Position numbers and translations under genes: made by a program. This document shows, piece after piece, positions 13,201-24,441 of a DNA stretch of 64,000 nt; within the stretch, counting starts at the first letter, position 1; every line of letters starts with the position of its first letter. Under the pieces are notes generated by a model. That model saw only the letters and a program-made list of their open reading frames with translations. It did no database searches and was not told the DNA's origin. Origin of the DNA: Callorhinchus milii (lineage: Eukaryota); contig NW_024704747.1 of assembly GCF_018977255.1 (NCBI RefSeq), positions 186,001 through 250,000 of the forward strand, given 5' to 3'.

Positions 13201-16200
13201 CCGCTCCCCCCACCACACCCCCCCACCCCACAGAGCCGCTCCCCCCCCCCCCCCATAGGGCCGCTCCCCCGCAACCCCCCCCCTGGGGACTGAGGGCTGA
13301 GGTTGGGGTCTGAGGCCTGAGGGTGGGGCTGAGGCCTGAGGTGGGGCGGGGGGTGGGGGCTGAGGCCTGAGGGTGGGGGCTGAGGCCTGAGGTGGGGGCG
13401 GGGGGTGGGGGCTGAGGCCTGAGGTGGGGGCTGAGGGCTGAGGTGGGGGCGGGGGTGGGGCTGAGGGCTGAGGGTGGGGCTGAGGTGGGGGCTGAGGCCT
13501 GAGGTGGGGGCTGAGGGCTGAGGCCTGAGGTGGGGGCGGGGGGTGGGGGCTGAGGGCTGAGGCCGGGGCTGGGACCCGGGGCCGGGCTTTTGGAGCTGAT
13601 GGTTTAGGGGAAGGTCGGGGTGTGGTCCGGGTGGAGGCTGTGCTGCCTGTTCTTCCCATTCCCCCCTTTCCAGCCCCTCGACTCCCCCGCAAGTGTCTGG
13701 CAGACGGGGTCCATTGGGATCTGTTTCCCTTTAAGCGCTCGGGGACGCCGTATAAGTGCAAGTTGTTATTGTTGTTTCCCTTTAGACGTTCCAATGGATT
13801 CTGCCTCTCCGGCTCCCACCCTCTCGCCAGCCCCAGTGTTCCTGATGTCCCCGCTAACAGTCCCGGCTCCGATTTCTGTACTGACCTGCCCGCTCCCTCC
13901 GCTCAGTGGGCCCCAGTCTGACCCACATCCCTCTGGGACTCCATCCCGGAACCCCTCCACCTCGCCCCCTCCCCTCCCTTGCCTTCTTCAAGGCACGCCT
14001 CAAGACCTTCCTCTTTGTCTGTGCCTTGGGTCACCCTCCTACCCCTGCTCTCCACCTCTCCTGATCATAACCCCCAGCTCGGGTGCAGATCCTTGGCTGT
14101 CCAGCACCTTGGAGACGTCCTCCCAACGTGAAAGGCGCCGTGTAAATGCAATTTGTTGTGAAGGGGTTAATGGCCGAGTGAGTGACATTAGGGAGTCCAC
14201 ATTGTTCCCATTTTCTGTCATCTCAGTGAATCGTTGTCTTAAAAGCCCTGTTTCCTTGTCCCTCCCATTGATCTCAGTCTGGCTCACTCGCTGGTGCCCG
14301 CACACACACGTCTGGGTGAAAGGGAGTCGGTTGGAGTCCCGCGTTGGGGATGTGGAGCTCACAGTCCAGGCTTAATAGTAAATACAGGGAAGGCTGACTA
14401 CCAGGCATGACAGCCTCCCACTCTGCCACTCCCAGCTCCCCTGCACAATACACAGCGATGGCTGGGATCAGCTACTGGGCTTGACGTTAATGTGGTGAGA
14501 CACACAGTGGGTCTAGGAGCGAGGGAGGAGTGTAAACAGGAAAGTATGAACAGGACTGTAGGCCGCTCAGTGCCTCGAGCCTGTCCGCCACTCTATAAGA
14601 TCATGGCTGATCTGGACCTTAACTCCAATTTACCTGTGTTATCAGTCAGGGCCCCTCATCAGTCCAGGCATTACCTGAATGGTGTCTGGCCAGAGAGAGT
14701 CTATGTAGTCTCTGGGTCAGTGAGTGAGCTGACAAACTGAATAGTTCTTTCTCTTTCTACAGCAACAAGCCTGACACAGTGGAAGTCACGTTTGCAGGTA
14801 AGATCGAGGCTCAGGGAACCTCCGAGCTGTGTTGTGCAGACAGGCATCAGCCGGGCTCATTGGGTAGCACTTGCCTCTGAATCAGAAGATTGTGGGTCCA
14901 TTCCCCGAAGGTAATAATCCCTTCAAAAAAAGAAAAAACGTGAAGAAGAAATAATTTGGTCACTCAATCCACAACTGTTTGTGGGACGCTGCTGTGCCCA
15001 ATTGCTGCTGCGTTTCGCCCACAAAATATAGTCACTCATTTTAGAGTATGTTCTGTGAAGCGCTTTGAGACTTCTCAAATATGTGATAAGGTGTTGTATC
15101 AAATGCAAGGATTATTATTAAGTTGGTCCTGTGAACCCATACAGTGTAGGGCCAGGCTGACACTTCAATGAAGTGCTGGAGGGGTGGGGGCTGCAATGTT
15201 GGAGATGCCGTCCTTCAGATGAGATCAAAAACTGAGGTCCCGAGGGCTTCACTATTTGAAAAGAGGAAGGGTTTCTCTTGGTGTCCTAGCCAACAATCCC
15301 CTCAAATGGGGGTGGTGGGGGGGTGGGGGTTAACATGGCTTCTCCCCAGGATCAAGTGAAAACTGTTATTTCCGCTGCAGATTTTGATGGCGTCCTTTAT
15401 CACATCTCCAACCCCAATGGGGACAAGACCAAAGTCATGATCAGCATCTCCCTCAAGTTCTACAAGGAGCTGCAGGACCATGGGGCTGACGAGGTGAGAG
15501 ACATGCACTGTTTGTTTGTGTGGTGTGTGAGGGTGTGGAGAGGGGGCTGTGAGCGTGTGGGAGGGGGCTGTGAGCGTGTGGGGAGGCAGAGGGTAGCTCT
15601 ATTATGTCACGTACTGTAAGGCAGGTCTGGTTGAGTCAGTGCTGTCAGCCAGTGGGAATGTCAACACCAACCATCAGCTGCCCAGAGCAGTGATCAACCA
15701 CATGTCTCCCCCAGTGGGCAGCCTCTGTCCCACCGGAGAGAGCCAGGGGTGACGTGCCAGTGTATAACCTGGTGTGAGCAGAGCTGAGGATTCCCCGTCT
15801 CTCAAACTGATGTAGGTGTTTGGATTCCAAAAGGCATCTGGTCACTCAGAGGCTTGTCAGGGTTTGGGATTCATTCCAACCAGCAGCCACTGAGGCCGGA
15901 TCAAAGTGGAAGGGGCTAAGGAGCCGGGGAGCAGTGAGAAAGGGAGCAAGTGGGTGGGAAACTGAGTGGTGGGGAGTGGGGTGAGTGGGAGTGGGGAGAG
16001 AGAGAGTTGGGTTAGTAATAAGGAGATGACACGTTGCTGACGGGAGGAGCATGTGAGTTCCTGTGCCTGGGATTGTGAGACCCTCACAGAGTGAGGAAGT
16101 GTGCAGATCAGGGCGTGAGAGACGTGCACAGGCGTGTGGTTAGAGCTGCCGCTGTGACAAGCTTCTCGAGCTGCTGCCTTTTATGGTATGTTTACTGTAT

Positions 16201-18916
16201 TGGAAATAATGTCGAGGTTCCTCTTAAACAGGAAGCTCTGACTCTCCATGAGTTAATCTTACGCTGAGCAGCCAGCAGAGCACACTGCAGACCACAGGCT
16301 CCCTCACTAACCCACTCCCAAGTTAATGCCCCTCACAACCCCACCCAAGGCGTTCAGGGCACCGGCCCTGAATCACCACCCACCACCGCCCACCTGGACC
16401 TCTCCCCACCGATCTCAGCCCGGGTTAGAGACAGAGCAATGTCCTTACTACACTGTCCGTCCACACGCCCAGTGAACACATTGCCTTCAGCTGGATGTCT
16501 GTGTTCTGTTACGGCCACCCTTTGCCCGAGACATTAGACCAAGCTCCTGTCTGCCCTGTGTAGATGAAGGTTGAAGGTCGAATTCAAGATCCTCATCCTC
16601 ACCTACAAGGCCATTCACGGCCTCGCTCCCTCCTACCTCTCCGACCTACTATCCCCCTACCTACCTGCCCGTACCCTCCGTTCCTCTGGCTCCGGTCTGC
16701 TCCACGTCCCCCGCCCCAACCGCCCTACCATCGGTGGCCGGGCCTTCAGCCTCTCAGCCCCGAGGCTCTGGAACTCTATCCCCAGTGCCTTCGCCGCTTC
16801 CTCCCTTTCCTCCTTCAAGGCCGGTCTCAAGACCTTTCTCTTTGACCTTCAGCCTTCAGCTCCACTCTCGACTCTCTGCCCCCTCCTCGCTCCCTCCCTT
16901 CCCTCCCCTCACCCTGACCATCTCCCCCCCAATGCTCGGGTCCCGACCCAACTGTACAGCGCCTTGGGACATCCTCCCGACGTGAAAGGCGCTCTATAAA
17001 TGCAATCTTGTTGTTGTTGTCCTGCAGAGCTGTTGGAAAAGAGAAGGGCATTTCTCTCTCCCAGTCCTGGTCAAAACTCCCTCAGAATAGTAACACATTT
17101 ACCTCATTGTTATCTAATATCTTGCTGTATATAAAATGCCTGCCACATTTGCCTACAAATTACACAGTCATGTCAGGACAGCGACTATAATAGTTTCTTT
17201 ATAGTGTGAAACATCCCTTTGAGTGGCTGCAGGAAGTAGGTCGCCAAACCACAGTGAGTGCAGACCAGAGGCTTTGATCTCTGTTTGGTGCAAGGAAGGT
17301 TTCACTGAACTTTCGTTTGAGTCCCTGGCGGACAGCAAGGCTGGTATTATGGTAAATCCTCAGCTCAGTGTACCAGCGAGCGGAGACCAGAGCTTTCCTT
17401 CCACCAGTCTCAGCTCGGATTAGAGACACAGCAATGCCCTTCCTACACTGTGTCCCCACTCCCAGGTCAGAGTTAGAGACACAGTAAAGCTCCCTCTACA
17501 CTGCGTCTGTCCACACTCCCAGGTCAGGGTTAGAGACACAGTAAAGCTCCCATTACACTGTCTGTCCACACTCCCAGATCAAGCCTGGATGGAACAAATG
17601 TTAATGTACCTCTCTCTCTCTCTCTCTCTCTGTGCAGTTACTGAAGCGTGTGTATGGCACTTATCTCACATCTCCTGAAGCAGGTAATATTGGTTACTAA
17701 GCTGCTGTGTGTAAGACTCTCAGTGCTCTGGCCCTCACTCCTGTTCCCAGCCCAGTGTCTGTGTCTCCCTCAGGCTATAATGTGTCGTTGCTGATTGACC
17801 TGGAGAACATCCCGGCTAACAGGGAGGAGCTGGTGCACCAGGCCGGCATGCTGAAGAGGAACTGCTTCGCCTCGGTCTTTGAGAAGTATTTCAACTTCCA
17901 GGCCGACGGCAAGGAGGTGGAGAGCAGAGCCGTCATCCACTACAGGGAGGACGAGACATTGTGAGTGACACGGCTCAATACCCTACACTGTCCATCCCGA
18001 TCAGCCACACACTCTCTCTCGCTCTCTCTCACTGTGCGTCCACACTCCCAGGTCAGGGTTAGAGACACAGTAAAGCTCCTCTACACTGTGTGTCCACACT
18101 CCCAGGTCAGGGTTAGAGACGCAGTAAAGCTCCTCTACACTGCGCGCCCACACTCCCAGGTCATCCACAGCATTGCTTAACAATAATAATCCTTGTATTG
18201 CATCTGTCACACACACTCTCTCTCCCTCTCTCTCTCTCTCTCTCACACCCTCTATCCCATTCTCTTACTGTCACTCTCTCACTGTCCCTCTCTCTCTCTC
18301 TCGCAGTGAGCAGCCTCAGTAACATCTCCCCTTGTTGTAGGTATGTGGAGGCCAAGAAGGACCGAGTGACTGTGGTTTTCAGCACAGTCTTCAAGGACGA
18401 TGACGATGTGGTGATTGGGAAAGTCTTCATGCAGGTACAGCCCGCGGGGGTGGGGGGGGCTACAGCCCGCGGTGGGTGGTGGGGGCTACAGCCCACGGTG
18501 GGGGGGTCTACAGCCTGCGGGGTGGGTGGGGGGGAGCTATAGCCAGCGGTGGGGGGGGGAGCTATAGCCCGCGGGGGAGGGAGTGGGGGGAGCTACAGCC
18601 CGTGGTGGGGCGGGGCTACAGCCTGCGGTGGGGTGGGGTGGTGGGGGAAGCCTGCACATGGGGGTTGAGGAAGTACAACCCGTGGGGAAGGGGGCAGGAC
18701 TTGTCTGTTCTCAGTGTGTCTCTCCCTTGCTCATGTTCTTCCCTCCCACTCCCCGAGTGTAGGAGTTTAAGGAGGGCCGCCGAGCCAGCCACACGGCCCC
18801 CCAGGTTCTGTTTAACCACCGGGAGCCCCCACTGGAGCTGAAGGACACAGACGCTGCTGTGGGCGACAACATCGGATACATCACCTTCGGTGGGTGAGGG
18901 GGAGGGGCAACCCAAG

Positions 18917-18952
<36 letters not shown>

Positions 18953-21900
18953 ACTGCGTGTGGGAGAGAGACTATGTGTGTGTGAGACAGAGAGTGCGCA
19001 CGCGGGAGACTGTGTGTGTGTGCGTTTGATCCCAGGTCGGTGTGTGACCTGTGCTGTGTTTGACAGTGTTGTTCCCGCGACACACCAGCCCCAACACCCG
19101 AGACAACACCATCAACCTGATCCACACCTTCAGGGACTATCTGCACTACCATATCAAGTGCTCCAAGGTACCGGGGGGGGCGGGGTGGGTGCTGCTCACT
19201 TGCTCTCTATCTCTCTTCCTTTCTCTCTCTCACACACTCTCTGCCTCTCACACACTCTCTGCCTCTCACACTCTCTCTGTCTCTCACCCTCTCTCTGTCT
19301 CACACACTCTGCCTCTCACCCTCTCTCTGTCTCTCACCCTCTCTCTGTCTCTCACCCTCTCTCTGTCTCTCACCCTCTCTCTGTCTCTCACCCTTTTTCT
19401 GCCTCTCACACTTTGTCTGCCTCTCACCCTCTCTCTGTCTCTCACCCTCTCTCTGCCTCTCACCCTCTCTCTGTCTCTCACCCTCTCTCTGTCTCTCACC
19501 CTCTCTCTGTCTCTCACCCTCTCTCTGCCTCTCACCCTCTCTCTGCCTCTCACCCTCTCTCTGCCTCTCACCCTCTCTCTGCCTCTCACCCTCTCTCTGC
19601 CCCTCACACACTCTCTGCCTCTCACACACTCTCTGCCTCTCACACACTCTCTGTCTCCCACACTTTGTCTGTCTCTCTCAGATAATCTCTCACACACTCA
19701 CATTCTCTCTCACACTCTCTCTCTCTCAGGCGTACATCCACACGAGGATGAGGGCTAAAACCTCAGATTTCCTGAAGGTGCTGAACCGAGCTCGCCCAGA
19801 CGCCGAGAAAAAAGAAATGAAAACCATGTCGTAAGTATCAGCCCTCACACCGCCCGTGGGTAAACTGTGGGTAAACCTCAGGCAGTGAGGGAAGCTGTTG
19901 GCACCTGTTAATTGTGAATGAAACCTGGATTGAGGATCTTCCCCAGATCTCAGCAGTTGGATCTCACTGGGTCTGGTTGTGATTCCACTAACCCCACCCG
20001 GGGCTTGTCTCAGGGTCAGGGACAGGAGCTGCTCCAGCTATTACTCAGAGCTCAGGCCTGGAGCCTGGAGGCCTCACACACCAGCTGTTCTTGGGGCTCA
20101 CATTCCTCTGTGTCAGTGGTTCAGCCTCACTGGGAATCGCAGCTCAACCAAAAGCTTTGTTGCTTCATGTCTGGGCACCCGGTCTGGCAGGGGGGTCACT
20201 AACATGGTCTGTACGGGGGTCACTGTCACAGATTTCTGTTTCTGTTTGTCTGTCTCTGAGTATCTCTGTCTGTCTCTGTGATTCTGCCTGCCTGTGCCTG
20301 TCTCTGCCTGTAGCTGCCTCTCTCTGCCTGTACCTGCCTGTCTCTGTCTGCCTTTGCCTGTCACATTTCCTTGCCTGCGCCCTGCCTGTTTGTTGGCTGC
20401 CATGTTGCTGTTTGTTCCCTGCAGGTTGCTGCGCTCCAGGCTGTTCCCTAACTATGTCCAGCAGAGTGCGTTTGGAGATAGTCCAATCGTTTCACTGCCA
20501 ACACACTGGACAGACAGTGCAGTACAGCCGAGGGCGAGGGCCACTGATAGACACTCGCGTGAGTGACAGCCAGAGAGAGAGAGAGAGAGAGGCTAGTGCT
20601 GGTGCAGTAACAACAACAACTTGTATTGATATAGTGGCCCTCACACAGGGCAGCGTATCAGAGCTTGAAATCAGCAAAGATACAAAGCAGGTATCTAGGA
20701 GCCAGCGAGCTCCTGAGCAGGTCTGCGGGGGCTTCAGGTACCAGGGGCCCCTACACAGCGGCCATCTTCAAGTGTGCGGGGCTGTGGGGGGTGGGGGAGG
20801 GAGGGTGTGAGACGAGGGATGATGACACAAAGGCCGAATTGCAGAGCCGGGGCCCCAGGTGGTTCTCAGGTCTGGGCTCAGTGACAAAACTCCTGAAGCG
20901 ACTCATTAGTCTGACCTCATCTGTCTCCACCTGTCGTCCAGCTGGTAACCACACACGCACACACACTGCCCCCCCCCTCCCAACCACACACACATGCTGC
21001 CCCACCCCCACCATGCGCACACACTGCCCCCCACCCCACACATGCACGCGCACACACTGCCCCCCACACACACACTGTATCCCCCACACACACAAACACA
21101 TGTACTGTTCCCGTGTCACTGTTGTACAGTAAATGCTGTTAGCTTGTGGTTGGCAGAGCCTCACTGACAGTGGCTTTAAATGTGGTGTCACAGTCGCTCT
21201 CACTGGTGACTGTGGCTACTCTCTGCCGCTCGTGTCTGAATCTCACTCCATCCTCTCCCTCCACAGGGGCAAGACTTTTTCAGTCCGATAATCGGATGTC
21301 AGGCCGTTACTAGCAGGAGCTGTGACCGCACTCGCTGGGCTCGGAGCCTGTGTGGGGGGCAGTTCCCTGGCCCCCCACCGCACCCCAGAGAATCTCCGAG
21401 GCCTTGTGAGAATTTGAGCTGTGGCTCCAGCCAGACCCCAACGTGATTAAAAGCTTTGTCTCCTGATCAAACCCCTCTCTTCCCCCATCTCCCTGCTCCT
21501 CTGCTGTCGCTGGCTTCACCCAGAGCCGTGAGCCTGAGTGCAACAAATCTGCCAATAAATCGTTCTCAGACAATATAACCATGTGTTCTCCAGGCCTGCT
21601 CCATTCTCCAGCGTTAAACAATGAGGACCGGTCTCATACACATGGTCTGTATTCCCCTGAGTTTAGAAGGTTGAGGGGTTTAAAATCTAATTGAGGTGTT
21701 TAAAATGATAAAGGGGTTGGACAGTGTAGCCTACAAACTATTTCCTCTGGTGATGCGGGGGGGGGGGGGTGTTGGGAGTCTAGAACAAGGGGGGCATCAT
21801 CTGAAAATCAGAGCCAGGACATTTAGGAGTGAAATCGGGGGCAGTTTTTCACACACACAAAGAGGATGGGAATCTGTAACTCTCCCTCCCCCAAAGGGCT

Positions 21901-24441
21901 GTAGATTATGGCTGGATCCACTCACATTGTCCAGACTGAGGTGATAGATCAGTGGATCAAGAGATAAATCCAGGGTTACGGGGCAAAGGCGGGTAAATGA
22001 AGTTGAGGCTGAATGGCCTGTTACTGTGTTCCAGACTTGCTGCTTGTCAGAAGCTCTGAGTAGGGAGAACTCTTGACAAGTATAAGCTGGCGACTGGGAG
22101 GATCTGAAAGAGAATTTAGGAGGAACAACTTCCCGCAGAGGGTAGTGAGAGTGTGGAACTCGCTGCCTGAAGCAACGGTTGAAAGATAATGTAGATATAT
22201 TCAAGAGGAGACTGGACCTTCACATGAAGGAGAGGGGAATAGAGGGTGTGGGAGGGGGAGTATAAACACGGCACAGACTGGCTGGGCTGAGTGGTTTGTT
22301 TCCGTGCTGTATAGTCTGTGTAGATCTATGTAACCCAGGAAGGCTCTTTCTCAAGCCTGTCACCAAACCACCTGATGATGGGAATGGGCTTCTGCCTCAC
22401 AGTCAGGTCAGCCTTCAGGCTGTCAGTATGTGGGTGACTTTGTGCACAATTCAATCAGACTGGGGTATGGCCAGTCACTGGCTGAGGAGGAGAGTGACTG
22501 AGCCGAGACTGACAAACAGGCAATTTTACCAGGAACTTTTATTCAAAAGTTTTTACACTGTTAGTGAGCAGTGAGTGTGAGGTGGTTACAGTGTTAGTGA
22601 GCAATGAGTGAGCGGTTACAGTGTTAGTGAGCAGCAAATGTGAGCAGTTACTCTTAGTGAGTGGTTAGTGTTAGTGAGTGGTTAGTGTTAGTGAATGTGA
22701 GCGGTTAGTGTTAGTGAGTGTGAGCAGTTAGTATTCGCACAAGTGTCACACACTTAACAGCTCACACTCACTCTGCTCCTCCTGTAGTGCACAGGCTAAT
22801 CACAAGAATTGCACACTCACTGCTCACACTCACTCCGCCTATGTTACACACTCACTCTGTTTGACACGCAGGCAGGATATTTGAGGGCAGCTGTCCGCTC
22901 ATGCTGACTTCATTGGACATTGTGAATGCTCTCGGAGATGAGACCCTCCTATGGCCAGGTAATCAAAGCTGCCCCCCCCACCCTCCCAGAGCCTCCTCCC
23001 CACCCTTCCTGATCCGTAGCCCCGCTGCCTCGCCCCCCTCCCTTGCCTCCTTCAAGACCTATCTCAAGACCTTCTTTTTCGACCGTGCCTTCGGTCACCC
23101 TCCCACCCCCCCTTGCCTTCCACCCCTGATATCTGTGAGTTGGTTTTGGATGGGGAGATGGTGTTGATGACTATTTGTGTGCTTGTCTCCAGGTCACGAG
23201 TACGCACAGGACAATCTGCTATTTGCTGCTTCAGTTGAGCCAAAGAACGTAGCTGTGTTTAACAAGTTGGATTGGGTAATAGCTCGCAGGCAAGAGAAGC
23301 TTGGCACAGTGAGTAGTTGCCAGGTCCTCGGCCTCCTCTGCCACCTCCTCCCCATCATGGAGTCCTGTAGCGTAGTCATTAGAGTGCTCACCTCACAAGC
23401 CAGAGGACCCGGGTTCGATTCCCGGGCAGGTCAGGGCGAAATCTTAGGCAAGTTTCCTTACTCCACACTGTTTACCAGCAGTAAGTAGGAACCTGGTTGT
23501 TAGTCGATTGGCGGATCGCTTTACAGTGTTAATATCTTAAAAATAACTCAATCCACGACTGTTTGTGGGAAGCTGCTGTGTGCAATTGGCTGCCGAGTTT
23601 CGCCCACAAAACACTCAGTCAATTAATGTTACAGTATATTTGGTGAAGGGCTTTGAGATGTCTCAATGTGATAAGGCGCTATATCATATGCAAGGATTAT
23701 TATTATATTATAAGATGCCCCCCCGTGTCCTCACCTCCCCAGCATCATCTCACACACAGCCATGTGGTGAACGACCACTTCACATGGAGGATTGTCGGCC
23801 AAGATGCCGAGAGAGAAATTCCTTTCTCTTTCCCATGGTGTCCTGGGATCTTTAACGTCTGCCTGAACAGATAGACGGGGACTTCGTTACCATTTCATCC
23901 CAAGGACGGTACTTTCCACAGTGCGGTGCAGTGCAGGAGCGTCAGCCCTGACAATGAACTCAGAGACCACCTACTCGGGTCCTCAAACCCACCATCTTCT
24001 CACCTAGGTTTTAAGAATTGTTTTGTCCCAGTAGGCACAGTCGAAGAGGAAGATCTTCAGGCATGACCTGAAGATGGGGAAGGAAATGGTAAGGCGGTGG
24101 GATAGAGGGAGAGTGTTCCAGAATTTCAGGGCGTAGTGGCTGAAAGTATGGCCACCATTGTTAATGTAATGTATCTTCATGGTGGAACGTCACAATGAAT
24201 GGTGTGCCCGGTGAGCAGGCTGGTGTGGAGGGTTCTAACTCTGTGCTGTGCCTTTGCTTTCCCCCAGTGCCCGTCCACCATCCGGGAGGAGAAGGAGTAC
24301 AACCCTTTCCTGCGGACACACTGCCCCGACCTGCAGCAGGCGCTGGGGGTGCAGCGGGGGACCGGTGAGGACCCCCACGCTTTCAGGGCCCGCGTGCTGG
24401 AGGAGGTGCGCAAGCGTAAGGACTATTTCAACTGCAGATAG
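7299..24441 (+). CDS. PNKD: PNKD (MR-1) metallo-beta-lactamase / glyoxalase II-like hydrolase, medium-isoform-type N-terminus, about 353 aa
   Basis: Exons 7299-7438, 8176-8291, 8945-9057, 10272-10330, 11162-11254, 12040-12203, 22872-22958, 23193-23308, 24268-24441. All are GT-AG and phase-consistent (1062 nt). The translation has [66 protein letters not shown] and [17 protein letters not shown], matching recalled human PNKD. Confidence 0.93.
9135..9685. repeat. About 20-bp minisatellite in PNKD intron 3
   Basis: CACTGACACATTG(C)nT units. Confidence 0.9.
12378..12402. other. Assembly gap (25 N)
   Basis: Run of N in the sequence. Confidence 1.
12403..12765. repeat. Minisatellite with the same unit as 6879-7031
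   Basis: CAGTGATGGGGCTCTC(C)nATGGTGT, about 10 copies, directly after the gap. Confidence 0.9.
12790..12835 (+). promoter_or_regulatory. ETS/GABP-type site cluster upstream of ARPC2
   Basis: CCGGAAAT, CCGGAA and CAGGAAGT within about 40 bp, 130-170 bp upstream of the ATG; typical of a housekeeping promoter. Confidence 0.5.
12960..21291 (+). CDS. ARPC2: Actin-related protein 2/3 complex subunit 2 (p34-Arc), 300 aa
   Basis: Exons 12960-13033, 14763-14797, 15381-15493, 17638-17683, 17774-17960, 18341-18434, 18763-18889, 19067-19167, 19730-19830, 21267-21291 (903 nt). Translation [15 protein letters not shown]...[18 protein letters not shown]...[22 protein letters not shown]...GKTFSVR*. Strong Kozak context GCCGCCGCCATG. 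Confidence 0.97.
13036..13565. repeat. C-rich then G-rich minisatellites in ARPC2 intron 1
   Basis: CACAGGGCCGCTCCCCC units to about 13275, then GGGGCTGAGGCCTGAGG units. Confidence 0.85.
16571..17020 (+). mobile_element. L2-clade LINE 3' fragment with (TTG)n tail
   Basis: [35 protein letters not shown], and 3' end GGGACATCCTCCCGACGTGAAAGGCGCTCTATAAATGCAA(TTG)n. Confidence 0.88.
19225..19670. repeat. 18-bp CT-rich minisatellite in ARPC2 intron 8
   Basis: CTCTCACCCTCTCTCTG(T/C) units. Confidence 0.9.
21554..21559 (+). terminator. ARPC2 polyadenylation signal (alternative ATTAAA at 21446-21451)
   Basis: AATAAA about 260 nt after the ARPC2 stop. Confidence 0.6.
21620..22325 (+). mobile_element. 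Degraded CR1 LINE 3' fragments
   Basis: [10 protein letters not shown]...[13 protein letters not shown]-type C-terminal remnant and CR1-like tails. Confidence 0.7.
23358..23710 (+). mobile_element. tRNA-derived Deu-domain SINE with (ATT)n tail
   Basis: Head GGAGTCCTGTAGCGTAGT...GGGTTCGATTCCC, core CTGTTTGTGGGA..GCTGTGTGCAATTGGCTGCCG, tail ATGCAAGGATTATTATT. Confidence 0.85.
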
